Part shown: positions 51,897-64,000 of the stretch, piece after piece | Layout of the letters: every line of letters begins with the position of its first letter | Position numbering within the stretch: the stretch's first letter is position 1 | Origin: Octopus vulgaris | Lineage: Eukaryota | Direction: 5' to 3' | NCBI GenBank assembly: GCA_951406725.2 | Contig: OX597816.1 | Span: forward strand, 11,966,001-12,030,000 | Length of the DNA: 64,000 nucleotides | Position numbers and translations under genes: made by a program | Notes under the pieces: generated by a model | Databases searched by the model: none | Told to the model about the DNA's origin: nothing | The model's input: only the letters and a program-made list of their open reading frames with translations

Positions 51897-52566
51897 CCTA
51901 TCTATCTATCTGCCTATCTATCTATATGTCTTCTTGCCTATTTATCTGTCTCTCTATCCATCAGTCCAGTCATCCATCAACTTCTCTTTCTTCTCTCTTT
52001 CTCTCTCCTCTTTTCTTTCCCCTATCACAACTCTCTCTTTATTTCTCTCTCCCTCCCTCTTTCTCCTTTTCTCTCCTTTCCCTCTCTTTTTTTCTTGCCC
52101 TCTCACTCCCTTTCCTTTTTCTGTCTCCCTCCCTCTCTCTAGACATCATCATCATCATCATCATCATTACCATCATCATCATCATCAGTTATAACCATCA
52201 TATAATATCCATGTTCCATGTTGGCATCTTTTGGACTGTTCAACGGTTTCCAATGGTTCCAAAAACCACACTAAGCACCCGTGTCTCTTCTGGCCTGGTT
52301 CCTGCAGCTGGATGTCCTTCCTAAATCCAACCACATTACAGCATTTAGTGGGGACTTGTTTCATGCCACCAGCACCAGTGAGGTTACCAGGAGCAGGGAA
52401 CAGCTTTATACTAGGAGATGAAATATAAGAGAGGTGTGTGTGTGGGGGGAAGGCTGTGTAGTAAGGAGCTTGCTTCCCAACCACATGGTTCTGGTTTCCG
52501 TCACACTGCAAGTCAACCAAAGCCTTGTGAGTGGATTTGGTAGACTTAAAATGAAAGAAGCTTGTC

Positions 52567-52626
<60 letters not shown>

Positions 52627-53592
52627 TCGTGTGTCTGTGTTTGTCCTCCCACTATCAGTTTGCAACCAATATTGGTGTGTTTACATTCCCATAATTTAGC
52701 AGTTCAGCAAAAGAGACCGATAAAATAAGTACTAACCTAACAAAGAATAAGTTCTAGGGTCGATTTGCTTGACTAAAGGCAGTGCTCCAGCATAGCCACA
52801 GCCAAATGACTGAAATAAGTAAAAAAGTAAAAGCGTATATATATATATATATGTAAACCAAGAGAGAAGATGGAGATAAGATAAATAAAGATCTATAATT
52901 GTTATTTTGTTTCTTCTGTTGTATATAACTGTAAGGCATTGTGCTGTTATATATGCTTAATTCTTTGTCTGTTGTACTTATAGTGAGTTGTATGTTTCTG
53001 TCTTAGTATTCACTAGCTTAATAACAGCACTGGCACCTCCAAAATTGAGTGGTTTCAATGGTAATGGCACGAAACCACTATGATATTTTAGGTCATTGAC
53101 TGACAATGAAAACTCAGCTTCAAATATTCCATGCATCATGTCTTTGTCTAAATTTCCCGTCTGTTAAGTTTTCATCTAGTTTCCCATTTGCTCTGCTTTT
53201 GTCTAACTTTTTCTCCTTGTTGTGTTCTTTCTATTCAACCCCTGATACATATATACATACATATATATATATATTTATATAAATAAGGATAAGATTGATA
53301 TTTATATACTGATCTTATCAAGTGGCCAGCATGGGAATAAAAACCTTCAAAGGTAATAATCATTATTGAAATTATAATTTTGGGTATCTAAGAGATACCA
53401 CCACGCTTGAAATAGCAGCCAAATTTTGACTCTAAAAACACAAAAGTTCATGCAGCACCAGGAGAAAAAGCACTCTCCTGGTGCTGTATGAACATTTAAT
53501 GTGGTTTTAGAGTCAAGATTTGGCTGTTATTTCAAGCGTGGTGGTATCTCTTAGATACCCAAAATTATAATTTTAATAATAATAATAATAAT

Positions 53593-53632
<40 letters not shown>

Positions 53633-54565
53633 CATCATCATCATCATAATCGTATATATGTGATATGATATTGGGGATGGAGGTGTGGCTATGTGGTGAT
53701 GTAGTAAGAAGGTGTGTTTCTCAGTCACATGGTTCTGGGTTCAGTCTCCCTTCATGGTACCTTGCTTGAGCAAGTGTCTTCTACCATATCTACTAGTGTT
53801 CTTGGCTGACCAATACTTTGTGAGTGGAGCTGGTAGAGGAAAACTGAAAGAGATCTGTCATAAATATTATTTGTGTGTGTATGTGTGTGTCTTTGTGTTG
53901 GTGTTTGCCCCCACCACCACCACCACCAATGATTGACAACTAGTGTTGGTTTGTTTATATCCCTGTAACTTAGCAGTTTGGTACAAGAGACGAAGGGCAT
54001 AATTACCAAGCCTTAAAAATAAAGAAAAACCAAAAGTACCAAGATCTCATTCATTCGACGAAAACCCTTCAAGGCAGTGCCCCAGCATGGCCAGATTCCA
54101 ATGACTAAAATATATAAAAGATAAGAGATATCTCCTAATCAATTTACTTAACAATTTAACTAATTACCTACCTCATTTATTGATCTGTCTGTTTAGATAT
54201 TAATTAGCTTATCTCTGAAAGTAATTCCGGACCATCTTCTGTATCTCCATCTCTGTCGGCCTGTCTGCTCATCTGCTTATCTAGGAACCATCTTCCTTTT
54301 TTACAACCTATCATGCTGACAACCTATATATTCGTAAGTCTGTTTATATACCAGTCTACTTTCTTATGCATGCATATGTGTGTGTGTTTTTGTTTGTGTG
54401 TGTGTGTGTGTGTATGTGTGTGTGTATGTTTGTCTGTGTGCATCTGTGCATGTGTTTGTGTCTTTCGTGTTTGTGTGTTTGTGTGTATCTGTACGTGTGT
54501 TTGTGTGTTTGTGAATGTGTGTGTGTGTGAATGTAAGTATGTATTTGTTTATGTGTTTGTTTTTG

Positions 54566-54608
<43 letters not shown>

Positions 54609-55441
54609 ATGCATGTGCGTGTGTGTTTGTGTTTATGTGTATGTATGAGCATGTGTGTTTTCATTTCTGTGTGTGTGTATGTTTTTGCTTGTGTGTGTGT
54701 GTGTCTGTGCATCTGTGCATCTGTGTGAATGTGAGTGTGTGTATGTGTGTGTGTGAATGTGAGTATGTGTTTGTGTGTTTGTTTGTGTGTGTGTGTGTGT
54801 GTGTGTGTTTGTGTTTGTGTGTGTGTTTGTGTTTATGTGTATGTATGAGCATGTGTGTCTTCATTTCTGTGTGTGTGTATGTTTTTGCTGTGTGTGTGTG
54901 TCTGTGCATCTGTGCATCTGTGTGAATGTGAGTGTGTGTATGTGTTTGTGTGAATGTGAGTATGTGTTTGTGTGTTTGTGTTTGTGTGTGTGTATGTGTG
55001 TGTGTGTTTGTGTGTGTGCATGTGTGTATGTGTGTGTGTTTGGGTTTGTGTGTGTGTTTGTGTTTATGTGTATGTATGAGCATGTGTGTTTGCATTTGTG
55101 TGTGTGAGTGTGTGTGTGGCCCTTGTGCTGGCTGCACGTAAAAGCACCCAATTACACTCTCAGAGTGGTTGGCGTTAGGAAGAGCATCCAGCTGTAGAAA
55201 CTCTGCCAGATCAGACTGGAGCCTTGTGCAGCCATCTGGCTCGCCAGCCCTCAGTCAAAACGTCCAACCCATGGCAGCATGGAAAGTGAACGTTAAACGA
55301 TGATGATGATGATGATGTTATGTATGGCATGTAAAAAGCACCAACCAGTCGTGGCCATTGCCAGCCTCCTCTGGCCCCTGCCGGTGGCCTGTAAAAAGTA
55401 CCCACTACACTCACGGAGTGGTTGGCGTTAAAAAGGGCATC

Positions 55442-55481
<40 letters not shown>

Positions 55482-56991
55482 CACACATACATTCAAATTT
55501 ACATATATACATGCTCACACACACATACATACACACACATATGTATATATATACATTTATATATACATACTCACACACGCATTTATATATACATACACAC
55601 ACACACACATGCGCGTGCGTGCACATATATATATACACACATTTATATATATACATACACACACACATACATATAAATATATATGTGTGTGTGTGTGTAT
55701 GTAGTTGTATGTATGCATGTATGTAAGTGAAGGGAGAGGGAGTGACAAAGTGAGAGAGAGATAGAGATAGTGCTGTTGGTGTTGGTTGAGATCAAAAACC
55801 TATTGAAATCCATGTTAAACTACAGCTCAGCATTGAAGCTTTGAAAAGGGTTTGAAGATTATTAAGACATGTTTTCTTAAAATATTAAATTATTTTCTGT
55901 TAAATAGTAAACACTAATCCTCTCTTTTCTTTTTATACAGAAAAATTTTTTTTTACATCGTTTCATTGTTCAAATGAATAGTAAAAAAAAAAATCATGTA
56001 GAAAAAAAAAACCAAGTTTATGAAATCTTTTAACACAAAATTGTTGTTCAAAGAGAAGAATTAATAAATTTCAGCAAGTAAACAGTGTTTGGTGCCATAC
56101 CGTCATCACCATAGCAATCATCATCATCATCATCATCATAGCAATCATCATCACCATCACCATCATCATCATCATCATCATGATCATCATCATGATCATC
56201 ATCATCATTGCCATCAAAAACCACCACCACCACCACCACCACCACCACCACCACCACCACAACCATCACCATCATCATCATTGTCATCATCATTTTAATC
56301 ATTATCGTCATCAATGTCATTATCATCATTATCACCACCACTGCTGCTGCAGCCGCCTCCACCACCACCACTATCATCGTCATCACCACCACCACCACCA
56401 TCACCATCATCATCATTATCATCATCATTTTCATCATCATCAATGTCATCATCATCACCATCACTATTATTCATCGACCACAATCAATGCCACTGCTGAC
56501 ACCAACACCACCATCAGCGCCGCCATCATTGGGCTCACCACTGCCATCACCACACCAACTCATCACCCCTCCTCCTCCTCATTCTCCTCCTCCTCCTCCT
56601 TCTCCTCTTCCTCCTCCTCCTCATCATCGTTACTATGCCTACCACCACAACCAGCACAGACACTGCCTCAACCGCTCCTCCAAACTCCCCCCACCTGCTC
56701 TTCATCATCAACAACAACAACATCAGCAACAATGATAATGAAAATAATGAAATAACAAAATAATCTATCTGTCTGTCTATCTATATATATATATATGTGT
56801 GTGTGTGCGTGTGTGTGTGTGTGTATGAAACAACAACAGCAGCAACAACTGCAACAGCAACAACAACACAAGTATCCACAACAACAGGAAGAAAACCATT
56901 GAAAATAGCTAACCATACATATATATATATATATATATATGTACATATATTTATATATATATGCACATATATATATATATATGTACATATA

Positions 56992-57041
<50 letters not shown>

Positions 57042-57197
57042 AAACATCATGAGAAGATATAAGATATATGTGTGCAGATATATATATGTATATAAGTATA
57101 TATATATATATATATATATATGCATACATATATATATATAAAACGAGAAGATATATATGTGTGTATATATATATGTATATAAGTATACATATATATG

Positions 57198-57237
<40 letters not shown>

Positions 57238-57290
57238 ACATATATACATATATACATATATATATGTGTGTATATGTGTGTGTGTGCGTG

Positions 57291-57323
<33 letters not shown>

Positions 57324-59126
57324 ATACACACACGTATATAATTATAAGACGAGAAGATAAGCAAATGAAATATCTTGAAAAGGTTGCTGTCTTCGACAAT
57401 TCTTCAGGAAACTCATTTGTTATCATTGCTACTTGTTGTTAGTCGTCCTTAGATAATTCTTCAGCATCTATTAAATTCCAATTAACTGGTGCCAACCATT
57501 TAGTAAGTGTTTCTATCTTGGTACTAAGCAAACAAGCTGATTGAATGTTTTAGCTCTTTGCAAAGAAACTGGCAATTCAACTCACTTTCTCCTGAGACAC
57601 GTAGAATTTCCATTACTTTTGCGTTATTCAAACTGTCTTTGTAGAGAGAGAGAGAAGGAGAGTAAGAAAGAGAGAGAGAGAGAGAGAAAGTGCAGTGGGG
57701 GTGGTGGGAGAGGAAGAGGTGAGCTGTGCTGTAAAATAACATTAAGCATTTGACAGAGAGGAATAGTAAGAAAAATTCTTGGTGTTTGTAGGGCATTGAT
57801 ACATTTTTATATTGTAAGGAATTCTTTGGCCTCATTTATAGAATTTTTTTTGTATTATGGCGATAAATTACTTTCTACAGTGCAATTAGTGTTGAGTACT
57901 ATCACCATGACCATATATCTACATGTGGACGTATACACACACATACACACACACACGTGCATTCGTCATCATCATTGTCGTTTAATGTCCACTCGCCATG
58001 CTGGCATGGGTTGGATGGTTTGACTGAGGACTGGCAAAGCAGGAGGCTTCACCAGGCTCTGTTCTGATATGGCAAGGTTTCTACAGCTGGATGCTCTTCC
58101 TAATGCCAACCACTCTGAGAGTGTAGTGGGTGCTTTTTGGGTGCCAGTTAGGCTGCACTGGCATCAGCCACTCTTGAATGGTGCATTTTACGTGCCACCG
58201 GCACAGGTGCCAGTTAGGCTGCACTGGCTTCAAACATACTTGAATGGTGCTTTTTACGTGCCATCAACAAATTCTACCTGTAAAAATGGATGTTTATCAT
58301 ATTCATCATTCTGTGTTTTAAATCTGGGTTTTGTCCCCCTCTACCTCAATACCAAAGCAACTGATAAGATATTATTATTATCATTATTATTTATTGCTTT
58401 GCACAGCTTCTAACACAGAAGATGTACTATGGTGTCAGCTGTTCACTACTAGTGAAATAAGGTAACACCTCTTGCTTTTCAAGCACCTTCTGGAGTATTC
58501 GAGTGGTTCAAAGCAGTGCTGTTTTCTGCAAGCACTCTACCCTTATTGCAGCCCCTGTTCCATATACTTTTCAAGAGCTTTACTCACTTTTCCTAGAGCT
58601 CTGACAATTATTGGAACTACTACCACCTTTTTCATCGACCACAGCTGCTTAACTTCCCAAGCTAACTTCTTATATCTATCGACTTTTCTTTCTTCCTTAT
58701 CGCATACCTTGTTGTCAGCTGGGCATGCTATATCTATGATCCAGCATCGTTTGCTTTCTTTCTCAATTAACACTATGTCTGGTTTCCTATTCTCTATCTC
58801 ATGGTCGCACTGAATCATAAAATCCCACAGGATCTTTGCATTATCATTTTCAATGATCACTTCAGGTTTATGTGTATGAACATACCACTTTTTTGCTCTG
58901 TCAAGTCCATACTTGTTGCAAAGTGTCCAATGGACAATCCTTGCCTATATTGTCATGACATCTCTTATATTCCTTCTGGGCTAGTGGTGTACATTGACTG
59001 GTAATATGCCATACGGTTTCACCATTTTGTCCAGAAATGCTGCACTTATCTTATTCTGATGTGTTGTTTATTCTGTATTTGATGTAATTTGCTATTACTA
59101 CTACTACTACCACCACCACCACCACC

Positions 59127-59213
<87 letters not shown>

Positions 59214-59375
59214 GCTGCTACTGCTGCTGCTGCTGCTTCTACTACCGCTTTGTTCAAAGCCTCCCTGGACCTCAAGTGGCCTGAACTCTTTACATGAACA
59301 CCACCCTGTACTTAACTCCATGTCCCCCTACATGGCCTTGCTATTTGCTTTTGAGCCAAATTAACTAACTAACTA

Positions 59376-59430
<55 letters not shown>

Positions 59431-60257
59431 TTATTACTATTACTATTACTATTATTATTATTAATATTACTATTACTATTACTATTACTATTACTATTAT
59501 ATTATATTATTTATATTATCATTATCATTATTATTATTGTTCAAAACTTTCACATTATATCATGCAAATGTTTCTCCTGTAACATTTTGTATTCTACAAT
59601 CAACAATACGCGAAATGTTTTTTTTCTTCTTTTTCTCCATCATAAATGTAATCAGCTTAATGGAGATAATTATGAAAATGAGGCAGAAAGATTATTTCTA
59701 AAATTCTAGGTTTACTGATCATGTTGATAAAATAGCTACTGAAAAATCTTTCCAGATTATCAAAATAAGCTCTTTATAGTTTCATAAATCTTTAATGAAT
59801 GCTAACTTTAATTAGTAATTAAGGAACATTATGAGCCATGAGCTCTGGTACAACTAAAATCTATTCTCAGTCAACGAACATATGTCTTTCTTTTTACATT
59901 GAAATTAATAAATAATAAACTGGTTTTCAAAGAGATGGTATTAAAATATCAACAAAATATTTTAATTACTTTATAATAGGAGCAGCTATGGATAGGCTGT
60001 GTGGTAAGAAGTTTGCTTCTCAAATATAGGGTTCTGGGTTCAATCTCACTGCATGGTACCTTGGGCAAGAGTCTTGTATTATAACCTTGGGCTGAACCAA
60101 AGCCTTATGAGTGGATTTGGTCGACAGAAACTGAAAGGAACCTGCTGTACCCGCCCCTACACACACATACATATATATACATACATACATACTTATATAT
60201 ATATATATGTGCTGATGGCACGTAAAAAACATTATTCGAGCGTGATCATTACCTGTG
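50437..60257 (+). repeat. Copy 2 of the ~10-kb duplication
   Basis: Colinear with 40134-50336; differs mainly in microsatellite lengths and two indel blocks. Confidence 0.95.
58370..59064 (-). pseudogene. R4/Dong-clade LINE 3' fragment (duplicate of 48266-48960)
   Basis: ORF 58543-58860 carries the same PD..D endonuclease motif. Confidence 0.88.
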
Positions 60258-60839
60258 TCGCCTTACTGGCACTTGTGCCGGTGGCATGTAAAAGTACCCA
60301 CTACACTCTCAGAGTAGTTGGTGTTAGGAAGGGCATCCAGCTGTAGAAACTCTGCCAGATCAGACTGGAGTCTGGGGCAGCCATCTGGTTCACCAGACCT
60401 CAGTCAAATCGTCCAACCCATACTAGCATGAGAAGTGGACGTTAAACGATGATGATGATGATGATATATATATACCGGAGTAAACACAAATGTGAAACAA
60501 GGTGGAAAAAAGAGTACTCAAATACCAGTGGTAGAGTAATATGCTTTATTTAAAGCAGCAGAAAATTCAACAAAACCTGTTACTCTGAGTTTCCCGTTGT
60601 GTATATATATATATGTATATATATTTTTTTTTTAGAGGGAAACCACTATGTGGACACCCATATGCTAGAAATAGATCTGCTATGGTCTCACCACTAAGAA
60701 ATGTTCTCAAGAAAAATTTAGCAAAACAATCAAAACGTAATTGAGCAAGACAAAAGAAAGAGTAATACAAAATATGGATTATTCGTATACATGTTTCACT
60801 ATCAACAAATTACATAATCTTACTTACGTAATTGTCTGT

Positions 60840-60964
60840 CATATCCAAGTAAGGCATGTGTAAAATTTGAATGAATTCGGTTGCATAGTTCTCAAGTTTT
60901 AGGGATTCACACAGACAGACAGACATATAGACAGACACACATTCTCATCTTTATATATATATAG
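60840..60964 (-). mobile_element. Helitron-like 5' end fragment
   Basis: Minus strand ctatatatatataaagatgagaatgtgtgtctgtc..(ctgt)n..gaactatgcaaccgaattcattcaaatttt, similar in style to the 5' end at 37896. No 3' CTAG end was identified. Confidence 0.5.
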
Positions 60965-60969
60965 GTATA

Positions 60970-61398
60970 TATCAAAATCGATCAACATCAATGGAAATTG
61001 TAGCTGTGATACCAGTGCCGGTGGCACATAAGAGAACCATCTGAACGTGGCCATTGCCAGTGCCACCCCGACTGGCTTCCATGCCGGTGGCACGTAAAAA
61101 GCACCATCCGATCGTGGCCATTGCCAGCCTCACCTGGCCCCCGTGCCGGTGGCACGTAAAAACCACCGTCTGATTGTGGCCGTTTGGCAGCCTCGTCTGG
61201 CACCTGTGCTGGTGGCATGGAAAAAGCACCCACTACACTCATGGAGTGGTTGGCGTTAGGAAGGGCATCCAGCCGTAGAAACATGGCCAGATCAGACTGG
61301 GCCTGGTGCAGCCTTCTGGCTTCCCAGACCCCAGTTGCACCGTCCAACCCATGCTAGCATGGAAAGCGGACGCTAAACGATGATGATGATGATGATGA
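60970..61398 (+). mobile_element. RTE LINE 3' end with four internal modules
   Basis: gtgccggtggcac units near 61014, 61081, 61142 and 61206; (GAT)n tail. Confidence 0.85.
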
Positions 61399-61400
61399 TA

Positions 61401-62236
61401 CAGGGTATGATGTGTAAATTGTCACCATTTTCTAGTTTTAATTTGTCCGCATGCACATTGTTTTGATTTTGCTGATTACACAGTATAGTAGGGTCAGTTG
61501 GGCCCTGTCTGTGAGAAAAACAGCACCATGATGTAATTCACTCTGCCAGGAATTTTGAAATGACATGCTGCACTGCTTGGCATTCTTGTCAGAAGCTCCA
61601 ATACAAACACACAAAACAACCTTTGGCTTGCTGTGTCCCCAAAACATGTACTGAGAGTGATAAAATCAAACATCCAGTCAACATCATGGTGTTTGGAGTG
61701 ATGACTAGTGATGGTCATGGTATGTTTCCATTTGTCTTTTCAGACTCAACAAAGAGACCTACATCAAGTGCCTGGAGGAGGTAGTGTTGCCCTGGATGAA
61801 GAGGGTGGCTGCTGAAGGACCCTATGTCTGGCAACAGGACTCTGCACCTTGCCACACAAGCAGGAAAACCCAGTCATGGCTGTCAGACATCTGGCCACCT
61901 AACTCCTCAGACTGCAACCCCCATGATTATTATGTGTGGGGCTCAGTTGAGCAAGAGACCAACAAAACTCCTTGTAACACCAAAAATTAACTGAAGGCAA
62001 GGATTATGGCAGCATTCACCAACTTAAACAAGGAGACCATTGAGAAGAGTTGCAGGAGATTCCAAAGTCGTCTGGAGGCCGTGGTTGAAGCCAATGGCGA
62101 TTTTATTAAATAAATTTATTCTTTAGAATTTCAAGATATTTTTATGTAATTTTAGTAAATATATCTGTTAAAATAAGGTGGCAGTGTTATTTTCATTTTT
62201 GCATAATTTAGGCGACAGTTTATTTACTGCACCCTG
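61401..62236 (+). mobile_element. Internally deleted Tc1/mariner-superfamily DDxD transposon (maT/DD37D-like)
   Basis: TA-flanked degenerate TIRs cagggt..taaattgtcacc and ggcgacagttta..accctg. Transposase remnants KHPVNIMVFGV and WQQDSAPCHTS..WPPNSSDCNPHDYYVW. The D-D spacing here is 28; assignment to DD37D is an inference that assumes a deletion. Confidence 0.85.
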
Positions 62237-62258
62237 TATAAGTATATATATATATAAA

Positions 62259-62460
62259 GTTAATCCAAACAAGAAAGCACAAAAAAACACAACAACGCAA
62301 GGACGTGGAACAAATATAGTATTATTGGACGCTCAGGAAAGAAGGAAAGGAGGGTTTAACGTTTCGAGCGGAGCTCTTCGTCGGAAACAGAGGAGAAGGA
62401 AAAATCCAGAGAAGGGAAGACAGAGGGAAAAAAATCGCCAACGGTACACACAAGGTCACA
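62259..62460 (-). mobile_element. Family C short repeat with hammerhead motif (62354-62388)
   Basis: Minus strand GTTT-CCGACGA-A-GAGC-TCC-GCTC-GAAACGTT-AAAC; one core change (CTGA>CCGA). Confidence 0.75.
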
Positions 62461-62763
62461 TTATTCGTTATTTTCCCTTTTTGCCTACGTAAAAAAGTGT
62501 TACTGTCTGGGAGATCTTTATGATAGTAAAAAAAGGCATTTTAACTCCTATTTCTAAATTTGGTGTGAGGTGAAGCAATTTGTTGACACCTGATTATAAT
62601 TATATTTATAATTATAGAATATTTGTATATATATATTGTTATACTTAGGGATTGTCATATTTTGCCAATTATATTTGGTCTTCACTTTGGTTTTCACTTT
62701 AGTCTTCACTTCTTTCAGTTTCCATCTACCAAGTATATATACACACAAACACATACACACACA

Positions 62764-63515
62764 CATTGATGACGATCTCAGTTGGAGTGCACACATCAAC
62801 AATAAGGTCGATATAGCTCGTAAGATGAGTTCCTGGATCTTAAGAACTTTCTGGTCCAGAGAACAAGGTGTCATCATACCACTTTTCTCCTCATTTGTAC
62901 AGCCACACCTCGAATACTGCTGCCCACTGTGGTCTCCCCATACAAGACAAAACATCTCCAGGATTGAATCACCCCAGAAGGCACTCACTAAACGAATTGA
63001 AGGCATGGCTGCTCTCGATTATTGGGATCGCCTTAAAGCCTTGAAACTCTACCCTCTCCAGCGTTGCCGTGAGCGGTACATCATTTGTATGATGTGGAGA
63101 ATATACTGCCAACTTTGCCCAAACGACCTGAACATTAGCTTCAAGGTTCATCCAAGACTGGGACCACGGGCCATATGTCCCCTGCCCAATTCAAGATCAC
63201 AGCATACATGTACACTGCAACATAATTTCTTTTCCTCAACAGGCCCTGCCCTATTTAACATTGTCCCAGAAGTGATCAAAGAGGAAAAGGATCCCATCAA
63301 CTTTAAACAGAGTCTGGATAGATTCCTTCAAGGAATACCAGATAAGCCACCCATAATTGGATACAACTCACCCACCAAAACCTCACTACTTGAATGGACC
63401 ATAAACAAAACTTGACTTAAACAGGATTCAAATAATCCTATCAGGTGGTGCTATTAAGTTAGACATGGCCTGGACCAATCTTTGGTCAAAACATATCTAA
63501 GTTTATCTAAGTTTA
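62764..63515 (+). pseudogene. CR1-group LINE 3' fragment
   Basis: DDDLSWSAHI..WILRTF..FVQPHLEYCCPLWSPH..IESPQK..LDYWDRLKALKLYPLQRCRER, open to the stop at 63415, then a short UTR ending in (tctaagttta)x2. Confidence 0.9.
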
Positions 63516-63519
63516 TATA

Positions 63520-63680
63520 CACGATGGGCTTCTTTCAGTTTCTTTCTACTAAATCCATTCGCAAGGCTTTGGTTAGCCTTGGTTAGTAGAAGACATTTGT
63601 CCAAGGTGCCATGCAGTGGGACTGAACCTGGAACCATGTGGTTGAGAAGCCAGCTTCTTACCACACAGCCACTCCTGTGC
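63520..63680 (-). mobile_element. SINE family A, 5' half
   Basis: Reverse match to 1163-1320. Confidence 0.8.
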
Positions 63681-64000
63681 TTAAAAATTCTCGAAAGTGG
63701 TGGTGGCCAGCATGGTGGTAGTCTAATGATTGAAACAAGTAAACAAATAAACAAAACCAGGAACCACACAAGAATTTACATATAGTCTATATGAACAATG
63801 AAAGCTAGTGGACAAGGGACGAAGAACAACCAGAGAATACCATGTGTCCAATAAGAAAAAAAACCAGCATGAAAACATTGATAGAATTTTAAATGTGGCC
63901 TTGCTAATGGAAAAGTCGATAAATATATTCTTTTATCAACGCATTTTTTTTCTCTTCTTTTAATGTCCGCAACATTCTGTAATATGTCTGTATACATCCT

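Overview
AT-rich, microsatellite-dense animal genomic DNA. The repeat families look like octopus (coleoid cephalopod); this is my recognition, not a database result. No host protein-coding gene can be firmly supported, and almost all listed ORFs are translations of simple repeats. The window is a mosaic of decayed mobile elements. These include many RTE LINE 3' ends with (GAT)n tails plus one ORF-bearing copy, several tRNA-derived SINE families, and Penelope-like (PLE) RT/GIY-YIG remnants. Also present are R4/Dong, CR1 and Vingi-like LINE fragments, a DDxD Tc1/mariner element, mariner and TTAA MITEs, and Helitron pieces. Bases 40134-50336 are repeated at 50437-60257 across a 100-N gap, most likely uncollapsed haplotypes. 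The most interesting signals are: (1) several distinct short repeat families carrying minimal hammerhead-ribozyme motifs, one fused to a tRNA-headed SINE; (2) a 7-copy tandem array built from the YxDD catalytic segment of a PLE reverse transcriptase; (3) long TA-flanked hairpins whose substitutions are almost all G-U compatible on the + strand; (4) two SINEs whose 5' halves are inverted in a twin-priming-like geometry. All boundaries were read by eye and are approximate unless termini are quoted.
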